This document shows, one piece after another, positions 18,809 through 27,177 of a stretch of DNA of 64,000 nucleotides. The notes under the pieces are model-generated. The model searched no databases. It saw only the letters and a list, made by a program, of their open reading frames with translations, and was not told where the DNA came from. This DNA is from an uncultured bacterium. GTDB taxonomy: Bacteria > Bipolaricaulota > Bipolaricaulia > UBA7950 > UBA9294. The position numbers and the translations under genes were made by a program. The DNA is taken from the NCBI GenBank assembly GCA_903857865.1, contig CAIOGO010000018.1, positions 23,588 to 87,587 on the forward strand, written 5' to 3'. How positions within the stretch are numbered: the first letter of the stretch is position 1; every line of letters starts with the position of its first letter.

Positions 18809-18930
18809 CGCGTCCTCCTTGCACTGCCACCCAAGCAGCGCCGCGCATCCTACCGAGTTCGTGGGACACGCGGCAACTTCCGTTGCCGCATCAAGAAGAA
18901 TGTAGGTTCGGAATCTGATGTCTGCGGGTC

Positions 18931-18995
18931 CTCTTGGCGATCTTGGCGCGCTCTGCGCGGAACACGGGCCGTCTCACGCCAAGAGCGCAAAGGGC
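18931..18995. repeat. GC-rich repeat-associated motif pair (TCTTGGCGCGCTCTGCG … GTCTCACGCCAAGAGCGCAAAG)
   Basis: The left motif recurs at about 13863. The right motif recurs at about 39081, just upstream of the second copy of the hairpin repeat. Lies in the 730-bp non-coding gap. Confidence 0.5.
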
Positions 18996-19408
18996 GCGAA
19001 GGAGTACCGCCACGTTGACCGCGAGGCCGATGATGAGGAATGGAGTAGCGAGTAGCAGGATCGCCGGGACGGCGAACGTCAGGTCAGCCAGCCGCTCTAT
19101 CGCTCGAACGAGTCCAGTGGTTCCTCAGGGAGTGGGGCATCGAAGTCGTCGGTCATCTCGACTCGCCCCACGGCCGTCCCAGGCTGTCGGTCTTCCACGT
19201 GAGACTCCATGGGGACCAGCCGAGCGACCGGCGTGCCCGCGCGAGCGATGACGATCTCCTCTTGGCATCTCTAGGTTGCCCCTGCCTCTTGCACAGCATG
19301 CCCAGCCACTATCGCTCGTCCGTTGCCGTCACGACAAGACGTCGCCTCCTTGCCCTAGGAACACGCGTCCGCGTGGCGTGGGTGCTAGAATCAATGGCTG
19401 AGACCGCG

Positions 19409-19490
19409 CGGACCCCGCGCAAACAGATTGCGGGGTCCGCTCTCTGCATGGCCCTTGCTCCGCGGTTACGCGCGGGGCAAGGGCTCCTTA
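19409..19490 (-). terminator. Two adjacent GC-rich stem-loops downstream of the RHH gene (candidate terminator, or a structured RNA)
   Basis: GCGGACCCCGC-gcaaacagatt-GCGGGGTCCGC (11-bp stem), then GCCCTTGCTCCGCG-gttac-GCGCGGGGCAAGGGC. Confidence 0.4.
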
Positions 19491-19561
19491 CGAGCGCCGC
19501 CGCAGCAATGCGCCACCGGGCGAAGCGCGTAGCGGAACGAAGTCCAGAAGGAACCTGCCAT
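19466..19561 (-). CDS. Candidate 31-aa ORF (MAGSFWTSFRYALRPVAHCCGGARKEPLPRA) with a strong SD
   Basis: GGAGGTGA at 5 nt upstream of the ATG, 43 nt downstream of the RHH gene stop. The ORF body overlaps the stem-loops, so it could be a leader or uORF. Weak. Confidence 0.2.
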   Translation of the reverse strand: MAGSFWTSFRYALRPVAHCCGGARKEPLPRA

Positions 19562-19604
19562 GGATCTCACCTCCTCGAGTTGAGAGTTGCCGCGCGAGTC
19601 CGAC

Positions 19605-19943
19605 TCACGCGGAGTCTTCGTCGATCTCTCCCACGGCGTCGCGCAGCGACGCGCGCAACTCGGCAATCTGCGTCGTCGCGCCTGCGACCTTGTCGAACAG
19701 GGCGGCGTTCGCCTTGATCCCCTCGCGGATCATGAATGTCGCGGCGCTCGAACGGCTGCGGCAGATGCTCGCATCGACCAACATGTCGAGCTGCTGAAGG
19801 ATCTGGGCATTGACGCGCACCATGACCACGTGCTCGCGGTCGACGAGCGCGTTCTCGATCGCCTCCATCAAGGAATCGCCGGATGCACAACATGCGATCT
19901 TGGCCACCAGCTTCTTTCTCGGTTCGCGTTCCTTGTCGGCCAT
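19605..19943 (-). CDS. Ribbon-helix-helix (CopG/Arc/MetJ-like) DNA-binding protein
   Basis: Central RHH segment VVMVRVNAQILQQLDMLVDASICRSRSSAATFMIREGI. 112 aa from MADKER. Confidence 0.6.
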   Translation of the reverse strand: MADKEREPRKKLVAKIACCASGDSLMEAIENALVDREHVVMVRVNAQILQQLDMLVDASICRSRSSAATFMIREGIKANAALFDKVAGATTQIAELRASLRDAVGEIDEDSA

Positions 19944-20025
19944 TACGACCACCACCTGTTACTTGTAATAGTGTCACAAGTCGGCGGCCGAGTCAAGGGC
20001 TGCGGCAAGAGAGAGTCCGCGGCGG

Positions 20026-20826
20026 CTAGTCGCTGAGTGGGGGAATGGCCTGCTCCTCAAGGGAGCGCGAGAAGCAGAGGACACGGTCCGTGACCCCTCG
20101 GGCCGTCTCACATGCGAGCGCAAGGCTACCCAATTGCGCGTGAGTGGGAACGTAGAGCCGCGCCGGGCACGTCGGGATGACCGTCCGGTACTCGGCGTTG
20201 AACAGGAAGTAGGGCAGGATGAGGACGTCGGGCGGCGTCTCGGTCCATCCCGTCCGAGCGAAGTCCATCGCGATGGTGTCGAAGTTCAGATCCCCTGGAT
20301 CTGCAAAGGCGAGGTCGCCGACCCGAAACCGGTAGCCGACGTTCTCCGGCCCCGGAAGCGGAAACGAGAAGACATCGATGGAGAGACCGGCGGCCTCGAC
20401 TGTCTGGGGGCTGTAGAGCCCTGGGTGGACGACGATCAAGCGGGCAGGATCGAGGGTCGGAGCCTGTGCGAGGACCGCGCGGACGACGTTGGCCGGTCCG
20501 ATGAGGACGGCCTGCAGGTTCGCTGTCATGTTGCTGCTGATGACGGACGCATCGAAGTGGTCCGAGTCGGAGTGCGTGACGAGGATCAGATCGATGTCGA
20601 AGGGCGCGCTTGCCGCTGACATCAGCGCGCGCGGCTGCGCCGCCTCCATCATCGCCTGAGTTGCTGCTGGCGTCTCGAGCGTTGTGAGCCCGTCGATTGC
20701 GACCTTGAAATCGCCCCGGCCGATGACGTATCCGCTGGCGGCAACGAACGTGAGCGACACCGGCTCGGCCGTCAGGGCCGCGGCCCCGAGCATAAGAACG
20801 CACAGACCCGTCGCGAGAAACCGCAT
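20026..20826 (-). CDS. Secreted MBL-fold metallo-hydrolase
   Basis: Signal peptide. HxHxDH-type motif LILVTHSDSDHFD plus downstream His/Asp ligands. Confidence 0.8.
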   Translation of the reverse strand: MRFLATGLCVLMLGAAALTAEPVSLTFVAASGYVIGRGDFKVAIDGLTTLETPAATQAMMEAAQPRALMSAASAPFDIDLILVTHSDSDHFDASVISSNMTANLQAVLIGPANVVRAVLAQAPTLDPARLIVVHPGLYSPQTVEAAGLSIDVFSFPLPGPENVGYRFRVGDLAFADPGDLNFDTIAMDFARTGWTETPPDVLILPYFLFNAEYRTVIPTCPARLYVPTHAQLGSLALACETARGVTDRVLCFSRSLEEQAIPPLSD

Positions 20827-20979
20827 GTCTCGTTTCCTTTCGTCTTACCCGCGAAGCATAGCTGCGCGGAGGAGGCGTCCGCAACGCTCGGCATCTGGTC
20901 CCATGGCGGGCTCGGTGTTCACGGAAGTATCCGTCCCCCACGCCACGGGAGCAGAGTCAACTCGACAGGCCTCCACGCT

Positions 20980-21315
20980 CTAGAAGACGCATGCGTCGAG
21001 GAGCGAGAGGGCTTCCTGGAGAACCTCATCCGGCGCCTTTCCGATTCGCTTCGCCCGGCGAGTGCGGAAGTCGATCGACCGCATTTGCTCGACCGTGACG
21101 AAGCCGGTCACGCCGCCGCCCTCCGGGATCGCCACGTGGAACGGGCAGTCGCGGCGCGTGTTCGTGATCGGGCAGACGATGGCGAGCCCCGTGTGTTGAT
21201 TGAACAGGTCGTGACTGACGACGAGCGCCAGCCGACGGCCGCTCTGCTCGTGACCGGAGCGCGGATCGAACGCCACGGCGATGAAATCACCTTGCCGCGG
21301 AACGTACTCGGCCAT
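20980..21315 (-). CDS. mazF: MazF/PemK-family endoribonuclease toxin
   Basis: PemK fold signature (…GDFIAVAFDPRSGHEQSGRRLALVVSHDLFNQHTGLAIVCPITN…). 111 aa. Start abuts the MazE stop. Confidence 0.85.
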   Translation of the reverse strand: MAEYVPRQGDFIAVAFDPRSGHEQSGRRLALVVSHDLFNQHTGLAIVCPITNTRRDCPFHVAIPEGGGVTGFVTVEQMRSIDFRTRRAKRIGKAPDEVLQEALSLLDACVF

Positions 21316-21564
21316 CTACCAGACCTCGCGGCCCGCCGGCGGACCCCAGTCGAGTTCTTCGGACTTGTAGTCGGCGGGCATGTCCTTGACGAGCTGACGC
21401 AGATCGTGCCCGCCGCGCACCCGCCGCGCCGGCGTGATGACGAGGACGCCGTCACGCGCCGCCACCTCGACCGCGTCGCCCACGCTGAGGTCAACGTTCG
21501 AGAGCAGCTCCTTGCTCAGCCGAAGTCCCTGGCTGTTGCCCCACTTCTGGACCTTCGTGATCAT
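21316..21564 (-). CDS. mazE: MazE (AbrB/SpoVT-fold) antitoxin
   Basis: MITKVQKWGNSQGLRLSKELL… and a C-terminal …DWGPPAGREVW, which resembles E. coli MazE …DWGEPKDKEVW. Confidence 0.85.
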   Translation of the reverse strand: MITKVQKWGNSQGLRLSKELLSNVDLSVGDAVEVAARDGVLVITPARRVRGGHDLRQLVKDMPADYKSEELDWGPPAGREVW

Positions 21565-21642
21565 CGCGCTACCTCCAGCGGATAGCCGAAGTATAGCCCA
21601 ACAAGCCACTATGATGGAACACGGCGCAATCGCATGCATCAT

Positions 21643-22851
21643 CTATGGCAAGCGGGGTTGCGGCGCTTCAGCCCGCGCGCCTGGCTTAGAGCGCAGAAGC
21701 TCAAGACCGTCTCTGCTGAAGTCCGCGAGCGTCGCGAACTTGTGTATGGCACGGCCCTTAAAGAGCCTGCTATACCTGACAGCGACAGGCCCCCGGGTCT
21801 TCATGATTCCGGGGTTTACGACAATGACCTCGGGGAGGCCTTCGTCGAGGAAGTGTATCTGACGGAACAGCCATTCGGAGTGCGAGTCTGTCGGGGGGAA
21901 CGAGTAACCGATGAATACGATTCGGCTGCAGAATGCGAGTTGCTCTCGCGCCAGCATCCACAGTCTGTGCATTGTTGATCCGCGCCTTATCAACTTGCGC
22001 GACGTAGGCGGGATAATGAATGGGCGCTCCTCTTGTCCGCATTCGGGGCACTTGCTGCCGACACTGAGATCGGCCAATTGCCCATCGCGCAGTGCGAGTC
22101 TGATTTGTCCGTGCCTTGAGCAGTCCAGGTTCTGACAAACCATCCAATTCAGTGAGCCGTGGAGTTTCAGTAGCACGCCGCGGCCAACGAAGTCGTTGAC
22201 GAGTGGGCGCTTGACCATAAGATCGCAATAGGTGGCGAATTGCGGGAACTTAGCGAGCTGAAGCGTGAAGTCGGCTATGGTGTCCCAGTTGAAGGAAATG
22301 ATCGAGTCATTGGGCTGGAGAGTGCTCAGAACGTCCAGCAGATGCTCGCAATGGAGACCCTCGGATTTGACCATGAGCAGGAGTGTTATGAAGTGCTCGA
22401 GATCGCGCTTGCAGGCTGAGAAGGCTCGGTGGTAGCTGGTGCCGACGTTGTACATCTGTTCGCCAATGTCGAGGAATGTGAAGACTTCCTCAATGCCAAC
22501 GCGTCGCCACTCATCCTGATCAAGTGCGCGGAGGTTGTGGTCTAGACCCCAGGCCCTGACGATCAGTTCGTTCAGGCCTTCGTACATGGGACCCAGCATG
22601 TTGACATGACGTTCCTCTCACGTTGGAGTCTTCAACAGTGTGAAGAGGTCGTAGAAGAAGGTCTCGCCGGACGGCATCTTGGCGAGAGACTCTCGCCAAC
22701 TGCCCTCCTTGGGGTACGTCGCTGCCCCGACGGATGCCCCGGCCCCGAGGACCAACATCGTTCTATCGTCCTGTCGCCCTTGCACAGGCCAATCAACCCC
22801 CATCGGTGATCGAACAATGAGACGCTCCAACCAAGTCGGCCAATAGTACAC
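21643..22851 (-). pseudogene. Sirtuin/SIR2-like protein (GAGxS NAD motif, catalytic LHGS His, Cys4 Zn ribbon) interrupted by an in-frame TGA at 22618-22620
   Basis: Track ORFs 22618..22851 (…MLVLGAGASVGAA…) and 21643..22599 (…LLKLHGSLNWMVCQNLDC…CPECGQ…) are in the same frame, separated only by a TGA plus 6 codons. Together they give a ~400 aa SIR2-fold protein. Possible starts are 22851, 22803 or 22758. Confidence 0.7.
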
Positions 22852-23266
22852 CGCCGGATTCCTCCTGATAGAGCATCCAGTAGCGTGCGCTGGCTGGTTC
22901 TGCCATCCGCGCGGTGTTTCGAGGTGCCAACATGCCCGAACGCATCAGGCGGGGCAGACACGCCGGGCGGAACACCGTCCAGAGATCGGTGACCGAGATT
23001 CATGGGATGACTACTCTCCGTGCATGTCTCAGCGTTGAGGAGAGGTTGCCGTCCGGCTACCTCCACGGCCTTGTTCCCCGGCGGGCCTCCTACTAGCTAG
23101 GATGTGCGCCCTGATCAGTGGCGAGGAGGGCGAATCGTGTCGATGGCGCACACTCGATGAGTGCGGAGTCCATCGGGACGTTCTGGTTGGCCGCTCGCCG
23201 GGTCCATTGCAGCCGTGCTGTCCGGGGAACTATGCGATCAGGCGAGTATTGGGGAGTGCGGGAGGC

Positions 23267-23520
23267 ATGATGCGCATTCTGGGAATCGAGAACGGCAAGC
23301 GGCTCGCCGGGGAAGCCACTGGTGGAAAATCTGCGCGAGGAGACGGCGCGCGTAGAACCTGCGCCAAGAAGGCAGGCTGCGGGAGATCTACATGACCGAC
23401 GAGCACTCGGGGCCGTGATCCTGCTTGAGTGTGCGAGCACCGCCGAGGCGGGGGCACTCCCGAATAAGCTGCCTCTCGTGCGTCGCATCTTGCGGCGTCG
23501 GGCCCTCCCCTGGTATGTTT
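23267..23520 (+). pseudogene. Decayed paralog (multiple frameshifts) of the muconolactone-isomerase-like gene at 24302..24595
   Basis: Segments [15 protein letters not shown] (frame A), NLREETARV (B), [12 protein letters not shown] (C) and [25 protein letters not shown] (B) each match consecutive parts of the downstream intact copy. Confidence 0.6.
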
Positions 23521-23573
23521 CCCCCCATGTGGCCGGGATCGCCTGGGTGCGATCTCGCGAGGAGGAAGACGAC

Positions 23574-24281
23574 ATGTCGATGCCAAAGCGGATGGGGGCG
23601 GAGTTCTTCGGGACGTTCTGGTTGGTGTTGGGTGGGTGCGGGAGCGCGGTGTTGGCGGCCGCCTTCCCTGGGCTCGGAATCGGATTCGTCGGGGTGGCGC
23701 TCGCGTTCGGACTCACGGTCCTGACGATGGCCTATGCGATTGGCCACATTTCGGGCTGCCACCTGAATCCGGCGGTCTCGCTCGGTCTCTGGGTCGGAGG
23801 GCGGTTCCCGGCGAAGGACCTCGTGCCCTATGTCGTCGCTCAAGTTGCAGGCGCGGCGGCCGGCGCAGGGATCCTCTACCTCATTGCGACCGGGGCGCCG
23901 AGCTTCGACGTGACGGGCGGATTCGCGACGAACGGCTACGGGATTCACTCGCCGGGTGGCTACACGATGACGGCGGCCATCATTTGCGAGGTGGTCATGA
24001 CGGCGATGTTCCTCATGGTGATCCTCGGGGCGACGGACAAGCGGGCTCCGAAGGGCTTCGCGCCGATCGCCATCGGACTCGCGCTGACGCTCATCCACCT
24101 GATCTCGATTCCGGTCACGAACACGTCGGTCAACCCGGCGCGTTCGACGGGCGTCGCGATCTTCCAGGGCGGCTGGGCGCTCCAGCAGCTCTGGCTCTTC
24201 TGGGCCGCCCCCTTGGTCGGGGCGATCGTCGGCGGCATCGCGTACCGCCTGATCGGCGGCGCGAAGGGTCAAGCAGTCTAG
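23574..24281 (+). CDS. aqpZ: Aquaporin Z (MIP family water channel)
   Basis: Two NPA boxes (HLNPAVS and NPARS) and AqpZ-like length (235 aa). Start re-called at [18 protein letters not shown]. Confidence 0.92.
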   Translation: MSMPKRMGAEFFGTFWLVLGGCGSAVLAAAFPGLGIGFVGVALAFGLTVLTMAYAIGHISGCHLNPAVSLGLWVGGRFPAKDLVPYVVAQVAGAAAGAGILYLIATGAPSFDVTGGFATNGYGIHSPGGYTMTAAIICEVVMTAMFLMVILGATDKRAPKGFAPIAIGLALTLIHLISIPVTNTSVNPARSTGVAIFQGGWALQQLWLFWAAPLVGAIVGGIAYRLIGGAKGQAV

Positions 24282-24301
24282 ATAAACCGCTCGGAGGCGG
24301 A

Positions 24302-24595
24302 ATGCGGATCCTGGCGATCGAGACGCCGGCCGAAGGCTCGCCGGGCGTGCCTTCGGCTGGCGACCTGCGCGATGAGGCGGCGCGGGCGTGGGAGCTACAG
24401 CAAGCGGGCAGCCTGCGCGAGATCTACCTGACGGACAAACACTCGCGAGCCGTCATCCTGCTTGAATGCGCGAACGCCGGCGAAGCCGCGGCAATCCTCG
24501 CGACGCTGCCGCTCGTGCGCCGCGGGTTCATCACGTTCGACGTCATGGAGCTCGAGCCGTATCCTGGGTTCGCTCGGCTATTCGCTGGGAGGTGA
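24302..24595 (+). CDS. Muconolactone delta-isomerase-like small protein (97 aa)
   Basis: C-terminal half (…[41 protein letters not shown]) resembles MLI family proteins. Intact reading frame ending in TGA. Confidence 0.6.
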   Translation: MRILAIETPAEGSPGVPSAGDLRDEAARAWELQQAGSLREIYLTDKHSRAVILLECANAGEAAAILATLPLVRRGFITFDVMELEPYPGFARLFAGR

Positions 24596-24637
24596 CGAGG
24601 TATCGAACTCCGGGAGGCCCTCGCAGCGCGGGCGACG

Positions 24638-25255
24638 GTGAGAACTTTCGACGAACGGCCGGTTGCCGCTGGCATCGTGAAGAAGGCGATCCGGGCGGCG
24701 CTTCGCGCTCCAGCGTACAACCATCTGTGGGAATGGGGCTTCATCCAGATCCACGATCGCTCGTTGCGCACGAGCCTCGCGGACGCAGCGGGCCTAGAGG
24801 ATGTCTCGGATCCCGACATCCTAGCCACGAAGTTCGCGTCGCTGCCGACGGAAGCGCGACAGATCTACCTGCGCGCGCTCCCGCTCCAGCGAACGATGGT
24901 GCTCACTGCTCCGGGGCTCCTCGTGCCCGTGTACCGACCGAAGCGGGGAGAACGGGCACCGGAAGGCCCGGCGGATCTGAACGCGTACGCCGCGATCTGG
25001 ATCGCGCTCGGCTACCTCCTCCTGTCGCTCGCCGAGGACGGGGTCTACGGCTGCACGATCATCCCCGGCCGGTCGAGCGAGGCACGGCATCTGTTGGGCA
25101 TTCCCGAAGACTGGGAGATCGCGACCCTGCTCCCGTTTGGCTACCCGCGCGGCCGCGTCGTGCGAAACGAGCATCCTTCGGACGTGGACGCCTTCCTGCA
25201 CGTCGACAAGTTCCGTGGGTTCTCCTTGCCGACCACGGTGGAGCCGATGGGGTAG
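24638..25255 (+). CDS. Nitroreductase-family flavoprotein. The start is unresolved (track start is GTG at 24638) and the N-terminal helix is encoded upstream, in frame, directly after the TGA of the preceding gene.
   Basis: Nitroreductase fold motifs (…RAPAYNHLWEWGFIQI…, C-terminal …RNEHPSDV…). The 14 codons 24596-24637 encode RGIELREALAARAT, the expected N-terminal helix (IELREAL…RTF), with no ATG, GTG or TTG. Confidence 0.75.
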   Translation: MRTFDERPVAAGIVKKAIRAALRAPAYNHLWEWGFIQIHDRSLRTSLADAAGLEDVSDPDILATKFASLPTEARQIYLRALPLQRTMVLTAPGLLVPVYRPKRGERAPEGPADLNAYAAIWIALGYLLLSLAEDGVYGCTIIPGRSSEARHLLGIPEDWEIATLLPFGYPRGRVVRNEHPSDVDAFLHVDKFRGFSLPTTVEPMG

Positions 25256-25318
25256 CGGGCGCCGTGGCTGCTTGCCCCCGCGAAGCTAGGCTTCTACGAT
25301 GGCAGTGGGAGGGGAATC

Positions 25319-25822
25319 ATGAATCGTCGAGTCTTCTACGTGCTGGCCGTTGTTGCAGTCCTTGCGCTCCCGTTCGCCGTTGCTGCGCAAGATGGATTGT
25401 CACCGGCTGTCTCCGCAACTGAGCAGCTAGACAACCTGTCCGCGGGGCGTTCGTTCGGGATCGGGATCCAGGCGGAGTACCCGTGGGGCGGACTCATCTC
25501 GCTCCGTTACTGGGCGACGGACTGGCTCGGATTCGAGGGCGTCTTCTTCGTCCTCTCGAACGACGGAGAGACCTCGGGCATCGTGACCGCTCGCGCCCTC
25601 TACCGTGCCGTCGACGCGGCGGCCGTCGACTTTTACCTCGCGGGCGGCGCCTCGGTCGGTTTCTCGGCCGTCGGGAGCGACCCGGCGACCGGCATTCTGG
25701 TGGGCGGGATCGAGATCAACTTCTCGCAGCGGTTCGCGTGGAACGTTGAGTTCGGGCTATCGGCCACGATCTATGGCGAGGCGTGGACCACGTTCGGCAC
25801 TGGCATCCACTTCTACTTCTAG
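25319..25822 (+). CDS. Outer-membrane beta-barrel protein (OmpW/OmpA-like small porin family)
   Basis: Signal peptide, alternating amphipathic beta-strand pattern, and a C-terminal aromatic ending (GIHFYF). Confidence 0.7.
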   Translation: MNRRVFYVLAVVAVLALPFAVAAQDGLSPAVSATEQLDNLSAGRSFGIGIQAEYPWGGLISLRYWATDWLGFEGVFFVLSNDGETSGIVTARALYRAVDAAAVDFYLAGGASVGFSAVGSDPATGILVGGIEINFSQRFAWNVEFGLSATIYGEAWTTFGTGIHFYF

Positions 25823-25867
25823 TTCGCCTTGGGGCGGCGAGCCATTGCATCTCGCCGCCCCAAGGCG

Positions 25868-26740
25868 CTACGGCTTTCGCGCGCTCACGCAGATGCTCGA
25901 CACCGTGGCCGCGAGGAGATGCGCCGTCTCGTCGGTCAACCCGACGTCCTCGAGGCGCAGGGCCTGGCCGTCGACAACGATCACCGAGGACCCGGAGTCC
26001 TCATTCTCTTGCGACTCGCGGCGCTCGAAAGCATCCTCGGCGAACGTTTCCTTGACGACTGTGACGTCTCGGAACCCGGCGTCGCGGATGGCGCCGAGGT
26101 AGTCGTCGATCTGGGATGCTCCGGCGATGCATCCGACGTAGTGTTCCATGGACTCGCGGACTTCTGTGGGAAGTTCTCCGCGCAGGACGATGTCGGAGAC
26201 CATCAGTCGTCCGCCGCGCTTGAGGGCGCGATGCGCCTCGCGGAACACCTGCGGCTTGTCGGGCGAGAGATTTACGACGCAGTTCGAGATGACGATGTCG
26301 ACCGAGGCGTCGGCGACAGGCAGGTGCTCGATCTCGCCGAGGCGGAACTCGACGTTCTCGATGCCTTCCTTGCGCGCGTTCTCCCTTGCGCGCTCGATCA
26401 TCTCCGGCGTCATGTCGACGCCGATGGCGCGGCCGGTCGGGCCGACCTTTTCCGCGGCGAGGAAGCAGTCAATGCCCGCTCCGGAACCGAGGTCGAGCAC
26501 GACCTCGCCCTTCTTGAGCGATGCGAGGGCTGTCGGATGGCCGCAACCGAGGCCGAGGTCGGCACCTTGGGGAATGGAACGCAACTCGTCCGCGCTGTAG
26601 CCGATGGCCTGGCTCACGGGCGAGGCGCTCTCCGAGCAGCACGTGCCGCCGCAACCGCTCTTGCACGACGTCGCGCGCTTGGCGTAGTTCTCGCGCACGG
26701 ACTTCCGGATTTCGTCATCGCGCTTCGCGTTCTTACTCAT
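25868..26740 (-). CDS. arsM: Arsenite S-adenosylmethionine methyltransferase
   Basis: Class I SAM MTase motif (VLDLGSGAGID) plus the conserved ArsM cysteines (…CKSGCGGTCC… and …LGCGHP…). About 290 aa. Confidence 0.85.
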   Translation of the reverse strand: MSKNAKRDDEIRKSVRENYAKRATSCKSGCGGTCCSESASPVSQAIGYSADELRSIPQGADLGLGCGHPTALASLKKGEVVLDLGSGAGIDCFLAAEKVGPTGRAIGVDMTPEMIERARENARKEGIENVEFRLGEIEHLPVADASVDIVISNCVVNLSPDKPQVFREAHRALKRGGRLMVSDIVLRGELPTEVRESMEHYVGCIAGASQIDDYLGAIRDAGFRDVTVVKETFAEDAFERRESQENEDSGSSVIVVDGQALRLEDVGLTDETAHLLAATVSSICVSARKP

Positions 26741-27008
26741 TCGTCCTCTCCTTGGGCTGCAGCCCTACCGCCCCAATCATCACGCGGACGCCGTCCACGA
26801 GCGCGTCCGCCTTCACCAGCACGAGGCAACAGATCTCGCCCTTTGACTCGATCGTCGTGAGCGCGAGCTTGTCCCCGGCGGAGAGGCCCATTCGCTCTCT
26901 CACATCCTTGGGCAGCACCATCTGGCCACGTTCGTCGACGCGGACGACGGCCGCGACCTGACAGCACTCTCCGCATTCGTCGCGCTTCTTTCTCCGAGAG
27001 TCGGCCAT
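26733..27008 (-). CDS. AbrB/MazE/SpoVT-fold DNA-binding protein with a Cys-rich N-terminus (ECGECC, ICC). Candidate regulator of arsM.
   Basis: Start re-called at MADSRRKK with SD GGGAGGAG. Swapped-hairpin motif RGQMVLPKDVRERMGLSAGDKL. Overlaps the arsM start by 8 nt. Confidence 0.65.
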   Translation of the reverse strand: MADSRRKKRDECGECCQVAAVVRVDERGQMVLPKDVRERMGLSAGDKLALTTIESKGEICCLVLVKADALVDGVRVMIGAVGLQPKERTNE

Positions 27009-27024
27009 GGACTCCTCCCGCACG

Positions 27025-27050
27025 ATCTGATGTATCAGATAAATCAGAGA
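27025..27050. promoter_or_regulatory. Perfect inverted repeat ATCTGAT-GT-ATCAGAT plus a third half-site (AAATCAGAG) within an unusually AT-rich segment. Candidate operator/promoter of the regulator-arsM operon.
   Basis: The 7-2-7 palindrome lies immediately upstream of the regulator's SD and start, in a local AT-rich island within a GC-rich genome. Confidence 0.5.
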
Positions 27051-27177
27051 GTACACTCGATGGCCGAGGCCTGTCAAACCGGCGGCTGGACATTTCACGC
27101 GCAACCCCAGCGAAGGCAAGAGAATTCGGCGGCTGCCTCGTGGGCGTGGCGTCGGCACGCGTGGCTATGCCCCGGGG

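Noticed and set aside
21643-22599. Calling 21643..22599 as a stand-alone intact 318-aa gene
   Set aside because: Without the upstream 77 codons it lacks the GAGxS NAD-binding N-terminus of the SIR2 fold. The upstream ORF is in the same frame, separated by one TGA, so annotating it alone would hide the disruption.
22618-24595. Alternative genetic code (TGA as sense) or selenocysteine at the in-frame TGAs
   Set aside because: TGA clearly terminates many well-defined genes here, for example the ABC ATPase at 12076 with an ATGA overlap to the next gene. The positions are not redox Cys/Sec-like sites and no SECIS-like hairpin follows. Pseudogenisation, error or readthrough are more plausible. Kept as findings, not as recoding calls.
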